From Candidatus Tanganyikabacteria bacterium (GTDB lineage: Bacteria; Cyanobacteriota; Sericytochromatia; S15B-MN24; VGJW01): a stretch of 64,000 bases of DNA. The DNA is taken from positions 458 through 64,457 of the forward strand of contig VGJW01000008.1 in assembly GCA_016867265.1 (NCBI GenBank). Reading direction: 5' to 3'. Every line of letters starts with the position of its first letter. The first letter of the stretch is position 1. Position numbers and translations under genes: made by a program. A model generated the notes under the pieces. It saw only the letters and a program-made list of their open reading frames with translations, was not told where the DNA came from and did not search any database. Shown here piece after piece: positions 51,845 through 61,606 of the stretch.

Positions 51845-53445
51845 TGGATCTCCACCACCAATTCACCTTGGCTGCGCACCTCGACCGTCAGGTCGACGGC
51901 ACGATCCGGGTCGGCAAGCGGACGCGCCCGGACCCGTGCCGTCGTGTCGTAAGTGCCGACCATCGCCTCGACACGCCCCGTCCCGTCCACACGGACCGGG
52001 CCGGCCAGCACTTCCCAGGACCATGGGCCGTCGTACGAAGAACCATCCGCGTGACGGGCCACGGGCTTGAGGCGCGTCGCGACGGACAGGCCGGGCAGAG
52101 GCGTGGCCTCGGCGACAGGCAAGGGCGCGAGCACGGGCGACAGACCCGGCAGGCGCTCGACCGTGGCGATGGACGGCACCACCTCGATCGCTGCCACGGC
52201 ATCCAGTTCGCCCCGGCGCGCCCGGAAACGCACGGTGCCTGCAGCGAGTCCCTGAACCAAGCCCCCCGTGAGGGAGGCGGACCCCGAGTCAGGTAGGACT
52301 TGGATGCCCGACGGACCGGCTTGGATGGTCGCAAACGTGCCACCGCGCGAGGAGCCCTGGAACAGGATGCTGCGGGTGGCCCCCACCGCGAGAGGCCACG
52401 GCCCCACGTGGGACCAAGTCGCCGTCGACGAGACAGGACGAGCCAATTCAAGGCGCAGTCCGTCGATGATGTCGAGTCTGCGCGCCGGTCCCGTCAGGCT
52501 GCCGATCCGAGCGGCGACCTCGCCGGACCCCGCACCAAGCGGCACGACAAAAGCCATGGATTCATCTGCCAACTCGAGGCCGGGAGCAACCACGCCGTTG
52601 ATCAGGACCTCGGCACGCGCGCCACGAGACGCCCCGAAGGAAAGGCCCGTTGCCTGGACCCGCTCCCCGATGACGGCCGGGTTGGGGGACAAGGTCCGGA
52701 TTTCCGGCACCGGCGTATCCAGGACCATCCCCGTGACGGTGGTGGTCTCGCCGGGCAGCACCGCCAGGCGCTCGGAGACGGCACGGCCCATGTCCGGATG
52801 GATCGCGACGAGCCGGTACAAACCCTCGGGTACGTTGCCGATACTGAACGAGCCATCCTCCGCGGCAGCAGCCAGGAAAGTCGTGCCCGGCAAGAATACC
52901 GTCGTGCCGAGAAAGTCCCTGACTACGGGCGAAATGCTGCGTATCCGTCCCGACAAGGTACCGGTGGGCCCCAGCTTCAGGGAGATGCCGGACATGACGG
53001 GCTGCGCCAGCAGAATCGCCTTGGTCACCGCGTTCCGTTCGGCCAGCAGGGTGTAACGGGCGCCTTTCTGGATCACGGGCAGGCGGAAACGGCCGAGGTC
53101 GTCCGTGAGGACCTCGCCCACGGCCGTGACGCCACCCGTACTCGCCTCGGACAGGCGGCGACCTGCACCGCCCGGCGATACCAGAGCCGCCGAGTCGTTG
53201 GACACGAGGGCCGCAGCATCGTTGGACACGAGGTAGCACTTCACGGCCACACCCGCGGCAACCCGCCCCGCTTGGTCGACCACCACGCCGCTGAAGTCCG
53301 TGGCTGCCGCCTGCAGGGTGTCCGCGGGCAGGGTCGATGCACCGGTCGCAGGGCGCTTGGCCGTGACGGTGTTCGGCCGGCAAGCGACCAGACTGGCGAC
53401 CAGCAGCAACGCTGCTGGCCCCCAAGCGAAGGCCCGGCGCGACAT
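51841..53445 (-). CDS. lipoprotein with CarbopepD_reg-like domain carrying 'LVSNDAAALVSNDSAALVS' repeats, plus IPT-like domains
   Basis: Lipobox [12 protein letters not shown]. Repeat then RR..SEA..TDDLGRFRLPVIQKGARYTLLAER (CarbopepD_reg-like). Second CarbopepD-like segment AEDGSFSIGNVPEGLYRL. Confidence 0.6.
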   Translation of the reverse strand: MSRRAFAWGPAALLLVASLVACRPNTVTAKRPATGASTLPADTLQAAATDFSGVVVDQAGRVAAGVAVKCYLVSNDAAALVSNDSAALVSPGGAGRRLSEASTGGVTAVGEVLTDDLGRFRLPVIQKGARYTLLAERNAVTKAILLAQPVMSGISLKLGPTGTLSGRIRSISPVVRDFLGTTVFLPGTTFLAAAAEDGSFSIGNVPEGLYRLVAIHPDMGRAVSERLAVLPGETTTVTGMVLDTPVPEIRTLSPNPAVIGERVQATGLSFGASRGARAEVLINGVVAPGLELADESMAFVVPLGAGSGEVAARIGSLTGPARRLDIIDGLRLELARPVSSTATWSHVGPWPLAVGATRSILFQGSSRGGTFATIQAGPSGIQVLPDSGSASLTGGLVQGLAAGTVRFRARRGELDAVAAIEVVPSIATVERLPGLSPVLAPLPVAEATPLPGLSVATRLKPVARHADGSSYDGPWSWEVLAGPVRVDGTGRVEAMVGTYDTTARVRARPLADPDRAVDLTVEVRSQGELVVEIQ

Positions 53446-53482
53446 GTCCTTTACTTACCCACCTGGACGACCCGGAAGCGGA

Positions 53483-55498
53483 TCAGCCCCGATCGCGCGG
53501 CGGACGCCCGAAGCCCTGCCCGGGCTTGTTGCCGTAGGACTTTCGGGCAGGCGGACGATCCGGACCGGACCAACCTTGGCCGCCATCGCGATTACCGTCC
53601 CGGGGACGACGCGACGGAGGCGCGCTGCCGTCCTCCCGATAGGCAGGACGCGGTGGGCGACTGCCACCTTCTTCACGATAGGCAGGACGGGGAGGACGAC
53701 CACCACCCTCTTCACGGTAGGCCTTGCGAGGCGGTCGCGCGCCGCCTTCCTCGTCGCGATAGTCCTGGCGCGGAGCCCGACCGGGGCGCGGGCCATCACC
53801 CAGGACAGCCTGGACCTGGGCCGCGACCTCTTGCTTGATGTCGATCGTGCTGTGGTCCTGATAGAGGCGAATCGAACCGATCTCGGCGCTCGTGATGCCG
53901 GACCGCTGGCAGATGTACCGCACCAGCCAGCCCGGACGGACGGCCTGGGCCTTGCCACGCGGCACGCTGACGCGAACCATGCCGGCCTCGGGGGGACCGT
54001 CCTCGTCCTTGGTCCGGAACGGACGACGCGCCTTCGGAGACGACGGGCCCTCGTCCGACTCACGGAAAGACCGGGTGGCCCTGGGCGGACGCGTCTCGGC
54101 CGACACCTGCCGAGTCCGGGCCGGCGGCGGGGCGGGCACGTCATAGCCGGATGCCAGGATGGCCGTGGCCTCCTGCAGGTCCTGCAGCAAGGCCGCGACC
54201 AACTGGACCGGGGCAAGATTGCCCAGCAGGCGATCCGCAAATACCTCGAGGCCACCGAAGTCGGCCGATTCGCAGCGACGGGCCAGATCTTCCATGACCC
54301 GATCCTGCACGCGCTGACGGACGTCCTCGCCAGTCGGAACCGCACGCGTCTCGAAGGTGATGCCGGCCTCACCGGCAAGGCGACGGACCCGTCCGCGATC
54401 CTTGGGCGTGACCAGATTGAGCACGACGCCCTCGCGACCGGCACGGCCTGTGCGACCGCTGCGATGGACATAGGTCTCCCCCGACCCTGGCATGTCGTAG
54501 TTGACGACCAGCGTGACGCCGCGGACATCGATACCCCGGGCGGCGACGTCCGTCGCGACAAGGATCGGCACCTGCCGGGTGCGGAAGGCCTCGAGGGTGC
54601 GGGTCCGGACAGCCTGAGGCAGATCGCCGTTCAGGTAGGCGGCCTTGAATCCATCGGCCACCAAGCGGCGCGTGAGGGTCTCGGTCTCGAGCTTGGTGTG
54701 GCAGAAGACCATGGTCAGTTCGGGGGGCTCGATGTTGAAGAGATTCGCAAGCACCTCGAAGCGGCGATCCGGGAAGGTCTCGATGACACGGTGGGTCAGC
54801 GTCGTGGCGGCTTCCAAGCCGCTCGAGAGCGCGAGATGCTCGGGCTTGCGCAGGTGGCGCCGGGCGATGGCCTCGACGGCATCCGGCATGGTCGCGGAGA
54901 ACAGCAGGGTCTGGCGGGACTCGGGCATCCCCGTCAGAATCTTCTCGAGGTCCTCGGCAAAACCCATGTCGAGCATCTCGTCGGCCTCGTCGAGCACGAC
55001 GGCCACGCAACCCGACAGGTCGAGCGAGCCACGCTCGAGATGGTCGACGAGACGACCGGGGGTGCCCACGACCAACTCGGCACCGCTGCGCAGCGCGCGG
55101 AACTGATCCCCGTAGGGCGTGCCGCCCGTCAGGATGGCGACGCGACGGTCCATGGGCCGGGCTACGCGGACGGCCACGCGACCGACCTGCATCGCCAGCT
55201 CGCGGGTCGGCGTCACAACCAGCATCAGCGGACCGGGCGGCGGCACCTCGGGGTCACGGGCGCCCAGGCGCTCCATGAGCGGCAAAAGGAAAGCCAAGGT
55301 CTTGCCGGTACCGGTGCGGGACTGGACGAGCAGGTCCCGGCCCTCGCGCGCCGGGGCGAAGGCCCGCAGCTGAACTTCGGTGGGATCGACGAGCTGCATG
55401 TGGCCCAGCGCGTCCAGCAAGGGCTGGGAGATGCCGAGCGAGATGAAGCCGGTGGGGACGACAGGTGTGGCCGTGACAGCCGGTGTCTCAAGATTCAT
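53483..55498 (-). CDS. deaD: DEAD-box ATP-dependent RNA helicase with DbpA RNA-binding domain and RG-rich tail
   Basis: Motifs: Q; I (SRTGTGKT); Ia (PTRELA); II (DEAD in VVLDEADEMLD); III (SAT); VI (HRSGRTGRAGR). DbpA-like C-terminus. Tail with 3x RPPR.AYREEGG. Confidence 0.95.
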   Translation of the reverse strand: MNLETPAVTATPVVPTGFISLGISQPLLDALGHMQLVDPTEVQLRAFAPAREGRDLLVQSRTGTGKTLAFLLPLMERLGARDPEVPPPGPLMLVVTPTRELAMQVGRVAVRVARPMDRRVAILTGGTPYGDQFRALRSGAELVVGTPGRLVDHLERGSLDLSGCVAVVLDEADEMLDMGFAEDLEKILTGMPESRQTLLFSATMPDAVEAIARRHLRKPEHLALSSGLEAATTLTHRVIETFPDRRFEVLANLFNIEPPELTMVFCHTKLETETLTRRLVADGFKAAYLNGDLPQAVRTRTLEAFRTRQVPILVATDVAARGIDVRGVTLVVNYDMPGSGETYVHRSGRTGRAGREGVVLNLVTPKDRGRVRRLAGEAGITFETRAVPTGEDVRQRVQDRVMEDLARRCESADFGGLEVFADRLLGNLAPVQLVAALLQDLQEATAILASGYDVPAPPPARTRQVSAETRPPRATRSFRESDEGPSSPKARRPFRTKDEDGPPEAGMVRVSVPRGKAQAVRPGWLVRYICQRSGITSAEIGSIRLYQDHSTIDIKQEVAAQVQAVLGDGPRPGRAPRQDYRDEEGGARPPRKAYREEGGGRPPRPAYREEGGSRPPRPAYREDGSAPPSRRPRDGNRDGGQGWSGPDRPPARKSYGNKPGQGFGRPPRDRG
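53560..53730 (-). repeat. imperfect ~39-bp tandem coding repeats (RG-rich helicase tail)
   Basis: Plus-strand units such as cgataggcaggacgcggtgggcgactgccaccttcttcacgataggcaggacggggaggacgaccaccaccctcttcacggtaggc. Confidence 0.5.
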
Positions 55499-55623
55499 GT
55501 TGTAAAGGGCACCCCGACAAGTCGGAACAGAAAAAAGGGAATAGGTGGGGGCCTGATAGAGACTCCATCAGCATTATCCGGGAATCAGGGCGATCCGGCC
55601 ACTCCGCCCGAGTTGCCACAGGC

Positions 55624-57822
55624 CTACCAGTCGACCCCGTAGAGAATGGCGCCGCCGTCCTCGGTGCCCACCATCAACTGCTTGCCGTTGCCCGTGGGCG
55701 TGCCGTCGGTGATGAATCGGAGAGCATTGACGACCGTCCCCCCGGGGCGAAAGTCGAGGACGATCCGGCCGTCTGCCATGCTGCCGAGACGCACGACACC
55801 GTCGCTCCCCCCGTAGGCCAGCCACATGCCGTCGGGAGAGAGTGCCGCAGCGCGTATCTCGCCACCCTTCACCTTCGGAATAGAGAATTTCCGCAATTCG
55901 ACGCCCGACGCCACGTCATAGATCCTAATTTTGCCATCCGAGCCGCCTACGGCCACCCGGGAGGCATCCCCCGACAAGGAAATCGACGTGATGGCTCCTG
56001 TCTGAAAGGGCGAGGTGAAGACCTCGGTCCCGTCCAGGGCGTCCACGACGCGGGCCAAGAAGTCATCCGCCCCGCAAGCGTAGCGCCCGCCGCGAGCATC
56101 GGCCGACCGGACCCAGCCAAAGGTGGCGATCGACCGCAGGACGCTCCCTGTCGTCATGTCGTACAGGGCCGCCCGGTTGTCGCTGCCGCTGACCCAGAGG
56201 GTGTCCGACTTGGGCCCCGGCCACGCCGAGTAGAGCTGGGCCTGAACCGAAAGACTGGCAATGGGTGTCACGCTGACGGGCGGGACATTGCCCGAGACCC
56301 GACGCTGGTCGATGACCCCCTCACGCGTGGCCGATGCCACCATGTAGCCCGATGCGTCCGACAAGGCCGTTATCGAGACCCCATAAACGGAACCGCCGGG
56401 TCTCCAGGTCACCATCGGGTTGCCTGAAATCACGTCCCCGACCGTGACGGCGCCGCCGTCGTAACCCAGGACGAACAGTTGGCCGTCCTCGGAGAAGTCG
56501 ACGGCCTTGATGCGGTCCCCCTGCGCATAGAAAGCCTTGGTGAACAGCCGGGGATCCGGACGAGGCGTCGGAACGGGGCTGGGGACCGGCGTCGGCGCCA
56601 CGGTCGGCGTCGGGGCAGGCATGGGCGTCGGTGCGAGAGTCGGCGTGGGACTGGGCACGGGCGAAGGGGTCGGCGTCTCGACGGGCAGGGGCACTTGGGA
56701 TTCGCCCGGAATCGGCGTCGATTCGGCATCGGGAGTCGGCGTCGGAACGGGCGAAGGCAGGACGGTAGGCTGGCTCGTGGGGGTAACAGAGGGCCCCGGG
56801 GTAGGCACGGGTGAAGGAGAGGGCGCCACCGTCGCCTGCGGCGCTCCGGGCGTTGGTGTGGGCTGGACCACGACCGGCCCGGTCGACGGAGTCGAGACGG
56901 GTGCAGGCGTGACGGTGCCCGTGGGTGACGGCGTGGCGGAATGCGTGGCGAGGGGCGCGAGCGTCGCAACCGGGACGGGCGACGCGCCGACACGCCAAGG
57001 CTGTCCCTTGGGTGCCAAGCGCACGAGCGGCAGTTCGCGCGCCACACCCGGAACGACCACGACGTCACGGTCGCCGAACGGCCTGGCCGCACCCAGATCC
57101 GGATGCCAAAGGACGACGTCGTGGGCCCCCGAGGGAAGTTCGGGAACCTCCCACGTCCCGTCCGCAGCGACCCGAGCCACGTACGGGCTGCCTGCGATAA
57201 GGATCTCGACGCCCGGCGGGGGGAAACCTTGTCCCCCGGCCTCGGGCATCAGGACGCGACCGCGCAAGGTCGCGACGGGCCGGACACTCAGGCGTACGTC
57301 CGCCGTGGCGACCTCGGCACCGACCACCAGCGGCCCCCCCCAACCCTTGTCCGTCCGGCTGCGCAGTGCCTCGAGATTGTAACGGCCGGCAGGCAAGCGA
57401 AGCCTGAAGCGCCCATCCGCATCCGTCAGCGCGTCCGCCGACAAGGTACGCCTCCCTGCTCCGGATAGGGCCGCAGCCTGGTTCCCGACCAACGCGGCCG
57501 AATCATTGGCGATGAGACCGGCGGCATAGTTGCCGACGAGTGCGGCCACATCGTTGGCCACGAGCCGGGCCTTGGACTCGGGAGGCAATTCGCCTGCCGG
57601 CCAGGCACGCACTTGCACGGCCACAAGCGGCAGGCCCTCAGGATCGACCACCTGGCCCACAAGCTCGAAACGAGAAAGGGCATCCGGCGTCGCCACCGTG
57701 ACGCCGGACCGGCCCAGATCAGCCACGCTCCCGGAGAAGCCCGTCCGACAGCCGGCAAGCAGGGTCACCGCGGCAAGCAGCCTGAGTACTGCCGCCCCGA
57801 AGGCCTTGGCGCCCGTAGCCAT
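55624..57822 (-). CDS. lipoprotein: CarbopepD_reg-like domain with LVANDVAALVGN repeats, Pro/Thr linker, WD40 beta-propeller
   Basis: ATG 57822 with AGGA RBS (MATGAKAF...LLAGCRTGF lipobox); the upstream 774 nt of ORF ..58596 is judged non-coding. Repeat LVANDVAALVGNYAAGLIANDSAALVGNQAAAL precedes the RR..TDADGRFRLRLPAGRYNLEAL motif. ~150-aa PT-rich linker. C-terminal WD40 blades. Confidence 0.75.
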   Translation of the reverse strand: MATGAKAFGAAVLRLLAAVTLLAGCRTGFSGSVADLGRSGVTVATPDALSRFELVGQVVDPEGLPLVAVQVRAWPAGELPPESKARLVANDVAALVGNYAAGLIANDSAALVGNQAAALSGAGRRTLSADALTDADGRFRLRLPAGRYNLEALRSRTDKGWGGPLVVGAEVATADVRLSVRPVATLRGRVLMPEAGGQGFPPPGVEILIAGSPYVARVAADGTWEVPELPSGAHDVVLWHPDLGAARPFGDRDVVVVPGVARELPLVRLAPKGQPWRVGASPVPVATLAPLATHSATPSPTGTVTPAPVSTPSTGPVVVQPTPTPGAPQATVAPSPSPVPTPGPSVTPTSQPTVLPSPVPTPTPDAESTPIPGESQVPLPVETPTPSPVPSPTPTLAPTPMPAPTPTVAPTPVPSPVPTPRPDPRLFTKAFYAQGDRIKAVDFSEDGQLFVLGYDGGAVTVGDVISGNPMVTWRPGGSVYGVSITALSDASGYMVASATREGVIDQRRVSGNVPPVSVTPIASLSVQAQLYSAWPGPKSDTLWVSGSDNRAALYDMTTGSVLRSIATFGWVRSADARGGRYACGADDFLARVVDALDGTEVFTSPFQTGAITSISLSGDASRVAVGGSDGKIRIYDVASGVELRKFSIPKVKGGEIRAAALSPDGMWLAYGGSDGVVRLGSMADGRIVLDFRPGGTVVNALRFITDGTPTGNGKQLMVGTEDGGAILYGVDW
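56555..57005 (-). repeat. coding low-complexity Pro/Thr/Ser/Val-rich linker repeats
   Basis: Translates to PTPTPGAPQATVAPSPSPVPTPGPSVTPTSQPTVLPSPVPTPTPD...PTPMPAPTPTVAPTPVPSPVPTPRP. Plus strand shows reiterated ggcgtcgg/gggcacgg units. Confidence 0.6.
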
Positions 57823-58649
57823 CTTGAATCCTGTCGCCTGTTCACCCGTCGGGGAGCCAAGCAAGCCCTGTGCTCCCCATACGGATAATGACGCAGGTTG
57901 CGGGAGAAGTCGTTCTATTTCACATTCGCTTGATGGGCACTTAGTTCCACGGCCCTTGGCGCAACGCGAGCGAATCTTCCAGCGCGTCGCTTCGGCCGTC
58001 GAAGGAGAAGGCCTCCGTAACGGCTTGGCGCGTCGGTCCGGAACACCCGCCCTTGCTGCATGAGCGCGGGCGATTGCGCACGCGGACAACCCAGGCAAGC
58101 CCGCGATCCGGCAGGTCAGGCCCGGCATGACACCCAACTCGCCTTCCCAGTCGATGAGTCCGTCGGGCTGTCGCAGCAGGGAAACACTGACGGTCGACGT
58201 CCCCGATGGCGGCTGGATGGGGACGAGGACCGTGCCCGAGAACGGCTTGTCGGCCAAGGGCACGGACAACGGGACATTCGCCCGGTCCTCGATGTCCTGG
58301 CCGCTGCCGAGCGTAGTGGAGGCGGTGGCAGGCGTTCCCGAGATGACGACGGGCGGACTCGTCGTGGCAAGGGCCTCGGCCGTAATCTGCACCCGGGCCC
58401 CGGGTAACAGGCCACCCCACCCTCCCGTCGACACGCCCGCGGATGCCGCGGGCAAGCCAGCGCCGGACCATCGCCTGCTGGCGACGTCCGGCACCGACCT
58501 CCACGCGCACCAAGACGGCACCTTGGCCCCGGCCACCCTCGATGCCGTCGGGCGGTACTGCGGAGAGGCAGCCCGTAAGGCAGCCACCCACCGCAAGGAT
58601 CAGACCCGCAAGTCTGCGACCTGATGCCAGGGCCATGTCGCGCAACCCG

Positions 58650-59216
58650 TCAGAGCGCGCCGCCCGTGACCGGGCCATCCGTCACGAAGGCACCGTCAAG
58701 AGGCGTCAGCGAGAGCCCCGCCTGGCCCGCGAACACGACATCGTCGAGCGGCACGTCCACGGCCAGCACCCGCGTATCCTCGAGGTCGTTGGAGCCCAGG
58801 AAGTCGAAGGGCACCACGATCGGCCGTTGGCTGTTGATGTGTTGCTGAGCGGCCGTGAAGGCCTGCACCGTCAGGCGATAGGCCCGCTGGCCCGTCAGGT
58901 TCCCGAAGACCGCCTGGCTTTGGCCCTGGGCCGGCTGCACCCCGACGCTGGCCTGATTCAGCCAAGTAGGCACACCGCCCGGCCCATCGGGCCCCCGCTG
59001 GTCGAGGATGACCTCGAAACGGGCCACGTCGGACGGTACCCAGCGATGCCTTATGGCTTGCAAGGCGCGTGTGGCATCGGCACCGACCGAGAGATCGACG
59101 ACGACACGCCGCTCAGGGTTGCGTTCGTCCGTACCCGGAGGCACGGGCTGTCCGGGACTGCCCGCGCAGCCCGCCATCAGAAGCCACAAGACCCATCCCC
59201 GCTTGCCCACGGCCAT
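58650..59216 (-). CDS. small lipoprotein, unknown function
   Basis: ATG 59216 with GGAGGG RBS. Lipobox WLLMAGCAGS. The longer ORF to 59390 is trimmed. Confidence 0.5.
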   Translation of the reverse strand: MAVGKRGWVLWLLMAGCAGSPGQPVPPGTDERNPERRVVVDLSVGADATRALQAIRHRWVPSDVARFEVILDQRGPDGPGGVPTWLNQASVGVQPAQGQSQAVFGNLTGQRAYRLTVQAFTAAQQHINSQRPIVVPFDFLGSNDLEDTRVLAVDVPLDDVVFAGQAGLSLTPLDGAFVTDGPVTGGAL

Positions 59217-59349
59217 GACGTGACCCTCCATCCGGACGCTCGTCCGATAGGGTTCACACTGCCGCCCGCCCGACCAGCCGACACCGGCAGGATGCACGAC
59301 GAGGCCATGTCCCGCCCGACAATCATCCCGGGGCCCCTCCCCCGGACCA

Positions 59350-61546
59350 TCAGTCCCAGATGACGTCGAAGGCCAGCAGACCCTCTCCATCCGTTGCCTC
59401 GTAGAGGCGGTCGCCGTTGTCGGTCGCCCTGACGCAGGTCGTGAAGCGCAATCCGGTGACCTTCACGGAGCCCGTCCAGGGCGTCGCGACGATCGCGCCA
59501 TCGGCGACCCGAGCCACCGTCACCCGGTTGTCGAGGCCGCCCAAAGCCACATATCGGCCATCGGGTGACATCGCCAAGGCCAGGATCGCTGCATCCGCCC
59601 GCCACTCCCTCAGCGTGATGCCGTCCGGAACCGTGAGCACGACCACCTTGCCCTCACGATCGCCAACGACGACACGTGCTGCATCGCCGGAAAGGGCCAA
59701 CGCGTCGACGCCGCGACCCACGGGCAGTGACGTCATGATCTCGCGGCCATCCGCAATATCCACGACCCGCAGCAGGAGGTCTTCCCCGCCATAGGCTAGG
59801 CGCGTGATCTGGGCGTCCATGGCGTACAGGGCACCGAACGCCGGGAGCGAGACCAAGGTGCCAGTTTGCCAACTGCGCAGCTGCGCCAGCCCATCCGAGC
59901 CGATGCGCCAGTAGCGCGTTTCGTTGGCGAAGCCGAGGATACCCGTGACGGCAACCTGGGCGTCCCCGACGGATTCGGAGGAAACAGCCGTCGACACGTC
60001 CCCCTCACCAAGACCGGAGAGGGTCCGGAGCGCCACGGTCCCCTGGGAGGTACCCGTCAGGACCTGATACCCGGGATCGAGCAACCGACTGGTGAGCCAG
60101 ATGCTGCGGACAGGCTGACCGGCATCCCAGGTGTGGGCCAGGCCGCCATCATCCCCCCTGTATATCCGGACGAGGCCATCTGCCCTCCGGGCCAGCGCGA
60201 TGGCCTTGCGGTCGCCGGAAACATCCAGAACGTCAAACGGATCCCCCTGGGCAAGAGTCATGCGGTAGGTGAACCGCAGGCCGGGCGCTGGTGTGGGTGT
60301 TAGTGCAGGTGTTGGTGCGGGTGTCGGCGAGGGAGAGGGCGTCGGTGAGGGCGCAGGAGTGGGCGTGGACACAGGCACCGCGGATGGAGACGGGCTCGGG
60401 GTCACCGCCGGCAAGGTCGTCTCCGGCGCCGGCGTAAGTTGGACGTCCCCTGGCGTCGTGGTCGGCGCAGGCAAGGTGGCCGAAGGAGTCGGAGCGGGTG
60501 ATGGCGTGACCGGAGCCGGGCTTGCCGGAAAAGAAGACGAAGGACCCGGTGACGGCGTGACCGGAGTCGACGATGGCGACATCGAGGGCGAGGGGGAAGA
60601 TACAGGCTCTGGCGTCGTCCCCGGCTCGGTTGACGGCGCGGCTCGGGTCGAGGCGACAGGCCTGGGGGATGGACTCAGCAAGACCCAAGGCTTCCCCTTG
60701 GAGGCAAGGGCGAGCGACGGCACCTCGACGAGCCCCCCGGGGCCCACCGACAGAAATACGTTTGCGTAGGGACGCACCACCCCAAGTCCGGGATGCCAGA
60801 CCAGAAGGTCATGTGCGCCGGCCGGCACCCCGTCCAGCCGCCACGAGCCATCCGCCGCGACCTTGGTCCCGTAGGGAGAGCCCGCAAGCAGAACCTCCGC
60901 GTCAGGAAGCACCTCGGAGAGAGCGATTGCATCGGGCAGCAGGAGACGTCCACGGAGCGTGCCGACAGGCTGCAGACGCAACGCAAGGCTCAGGGACCCG
61001 GCGCTCCCATCGGCGCGTATGTCACGCAACCAGGCCTTGACAGCCGAGCTCCGGACAACCTCGAGGTTGTAGGTGCCTTGGGGTACGTCAAGGGCGAAGC
61101 GACCCTCGGCATCCGTCAAGGCACGATGGAGCAGCGCGGAGGGCACCCTGCGTGAGGCAGCACCGTTCGCCACCAAGCCTGCCGCGTCCTGACCCACGAG
61201 CCCTGCCGCGTAATCGGCGATGAGCGAAGCCACATCGTTGGCGACCAACCCTGCGCCAAAGCCGTCCGGCAGCATGCCGACAGGAAAGGTCCGCACCAGG
61301 ATGCCCGCGACCGGCTTGCCGGCCTCATCCAGAACCCGCCCCCCCCAAGGACACGCGTGTCGACTCCGGAACAACCGGCCCCGCTCCGGGCGTCGGTGCT
61401 GCGGGGGCAGGGCCAGCCGTGGCGGCTCCCGTCGAGGATCCGGTTCCGGTAAGGCCTGAGCCAAAGCCTGCCCGGCAACCTGCAGCAAGAACGGCCAGCA
61501 ACAGAATCGGGCACGCCCAGCCCATGCCCCAGCGGACCGTAACCAT
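59350..61546 (-). pseudogene. paralog of the CarbopepD_reg/WD40 lipoprotein, frameshifted at a G8 homopolymer between signal peptide and mature domain
   Basis: Signal peptide/lipobox MVTVRWGMGWACPILLLAVLAAGCRAGF is in the frame of ORF 61325..61546. The mature protein (GRVLDEAGKPVAGILVRTFP...LVANDVASLIADYAAGLVGQDAAGLVANGAAS...WD40) is in the frame of ORF 59350..61887. The frames meet at 61339-61346 (CCCCCCCC on plus = G8 coding strand). G7 would give ...RVSLGGRVLDEAG, which aligns with the intact paralog. Confidence 0.6.
60285..60720 (-). repeat. coding low-complexity Pro/Thr/Ser-rich linker repeats (paralog)
   Basis: Translates to TPEPVSSPSPSMSPSSTPVTPSPGPSSSFPASPAPVTPSPAPTPSATLPAPTTTPG...PTPAPSPTPSPSPTPAPTPALTPTPAP. 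Plus-strand ggtgtgggtgttagtgcaggtgttggtgcgggtgtcggcgaggg. Confidence 0.6.
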
Positions 61547-61606
61547 ACCTTGGCCATACTACCCGCCCAAGGGCCGCATGGCCCCACCATCGGGCATGAT
61601 GACGCC

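Noticed and set aside
56555-57005. Possible CRISPR-like or minisatellite array from reiterated ggcgtcgg / gggcacgg units
   Set aside because: The repeats are irregular, in-frame, and translate to a continuous Pro/Thr/Ser/Val linker inside a CDS. They are coding low complexity, not a CRISPR array.
57823-58596. Upstream 258 codons of the 990-aa ORF 55624..58596
   Set aside because: The lipoprotein signal MATGAKAF...LLAGC aligns with the paralog's signal and has its own RBS. The upstream extension has no conserved features.
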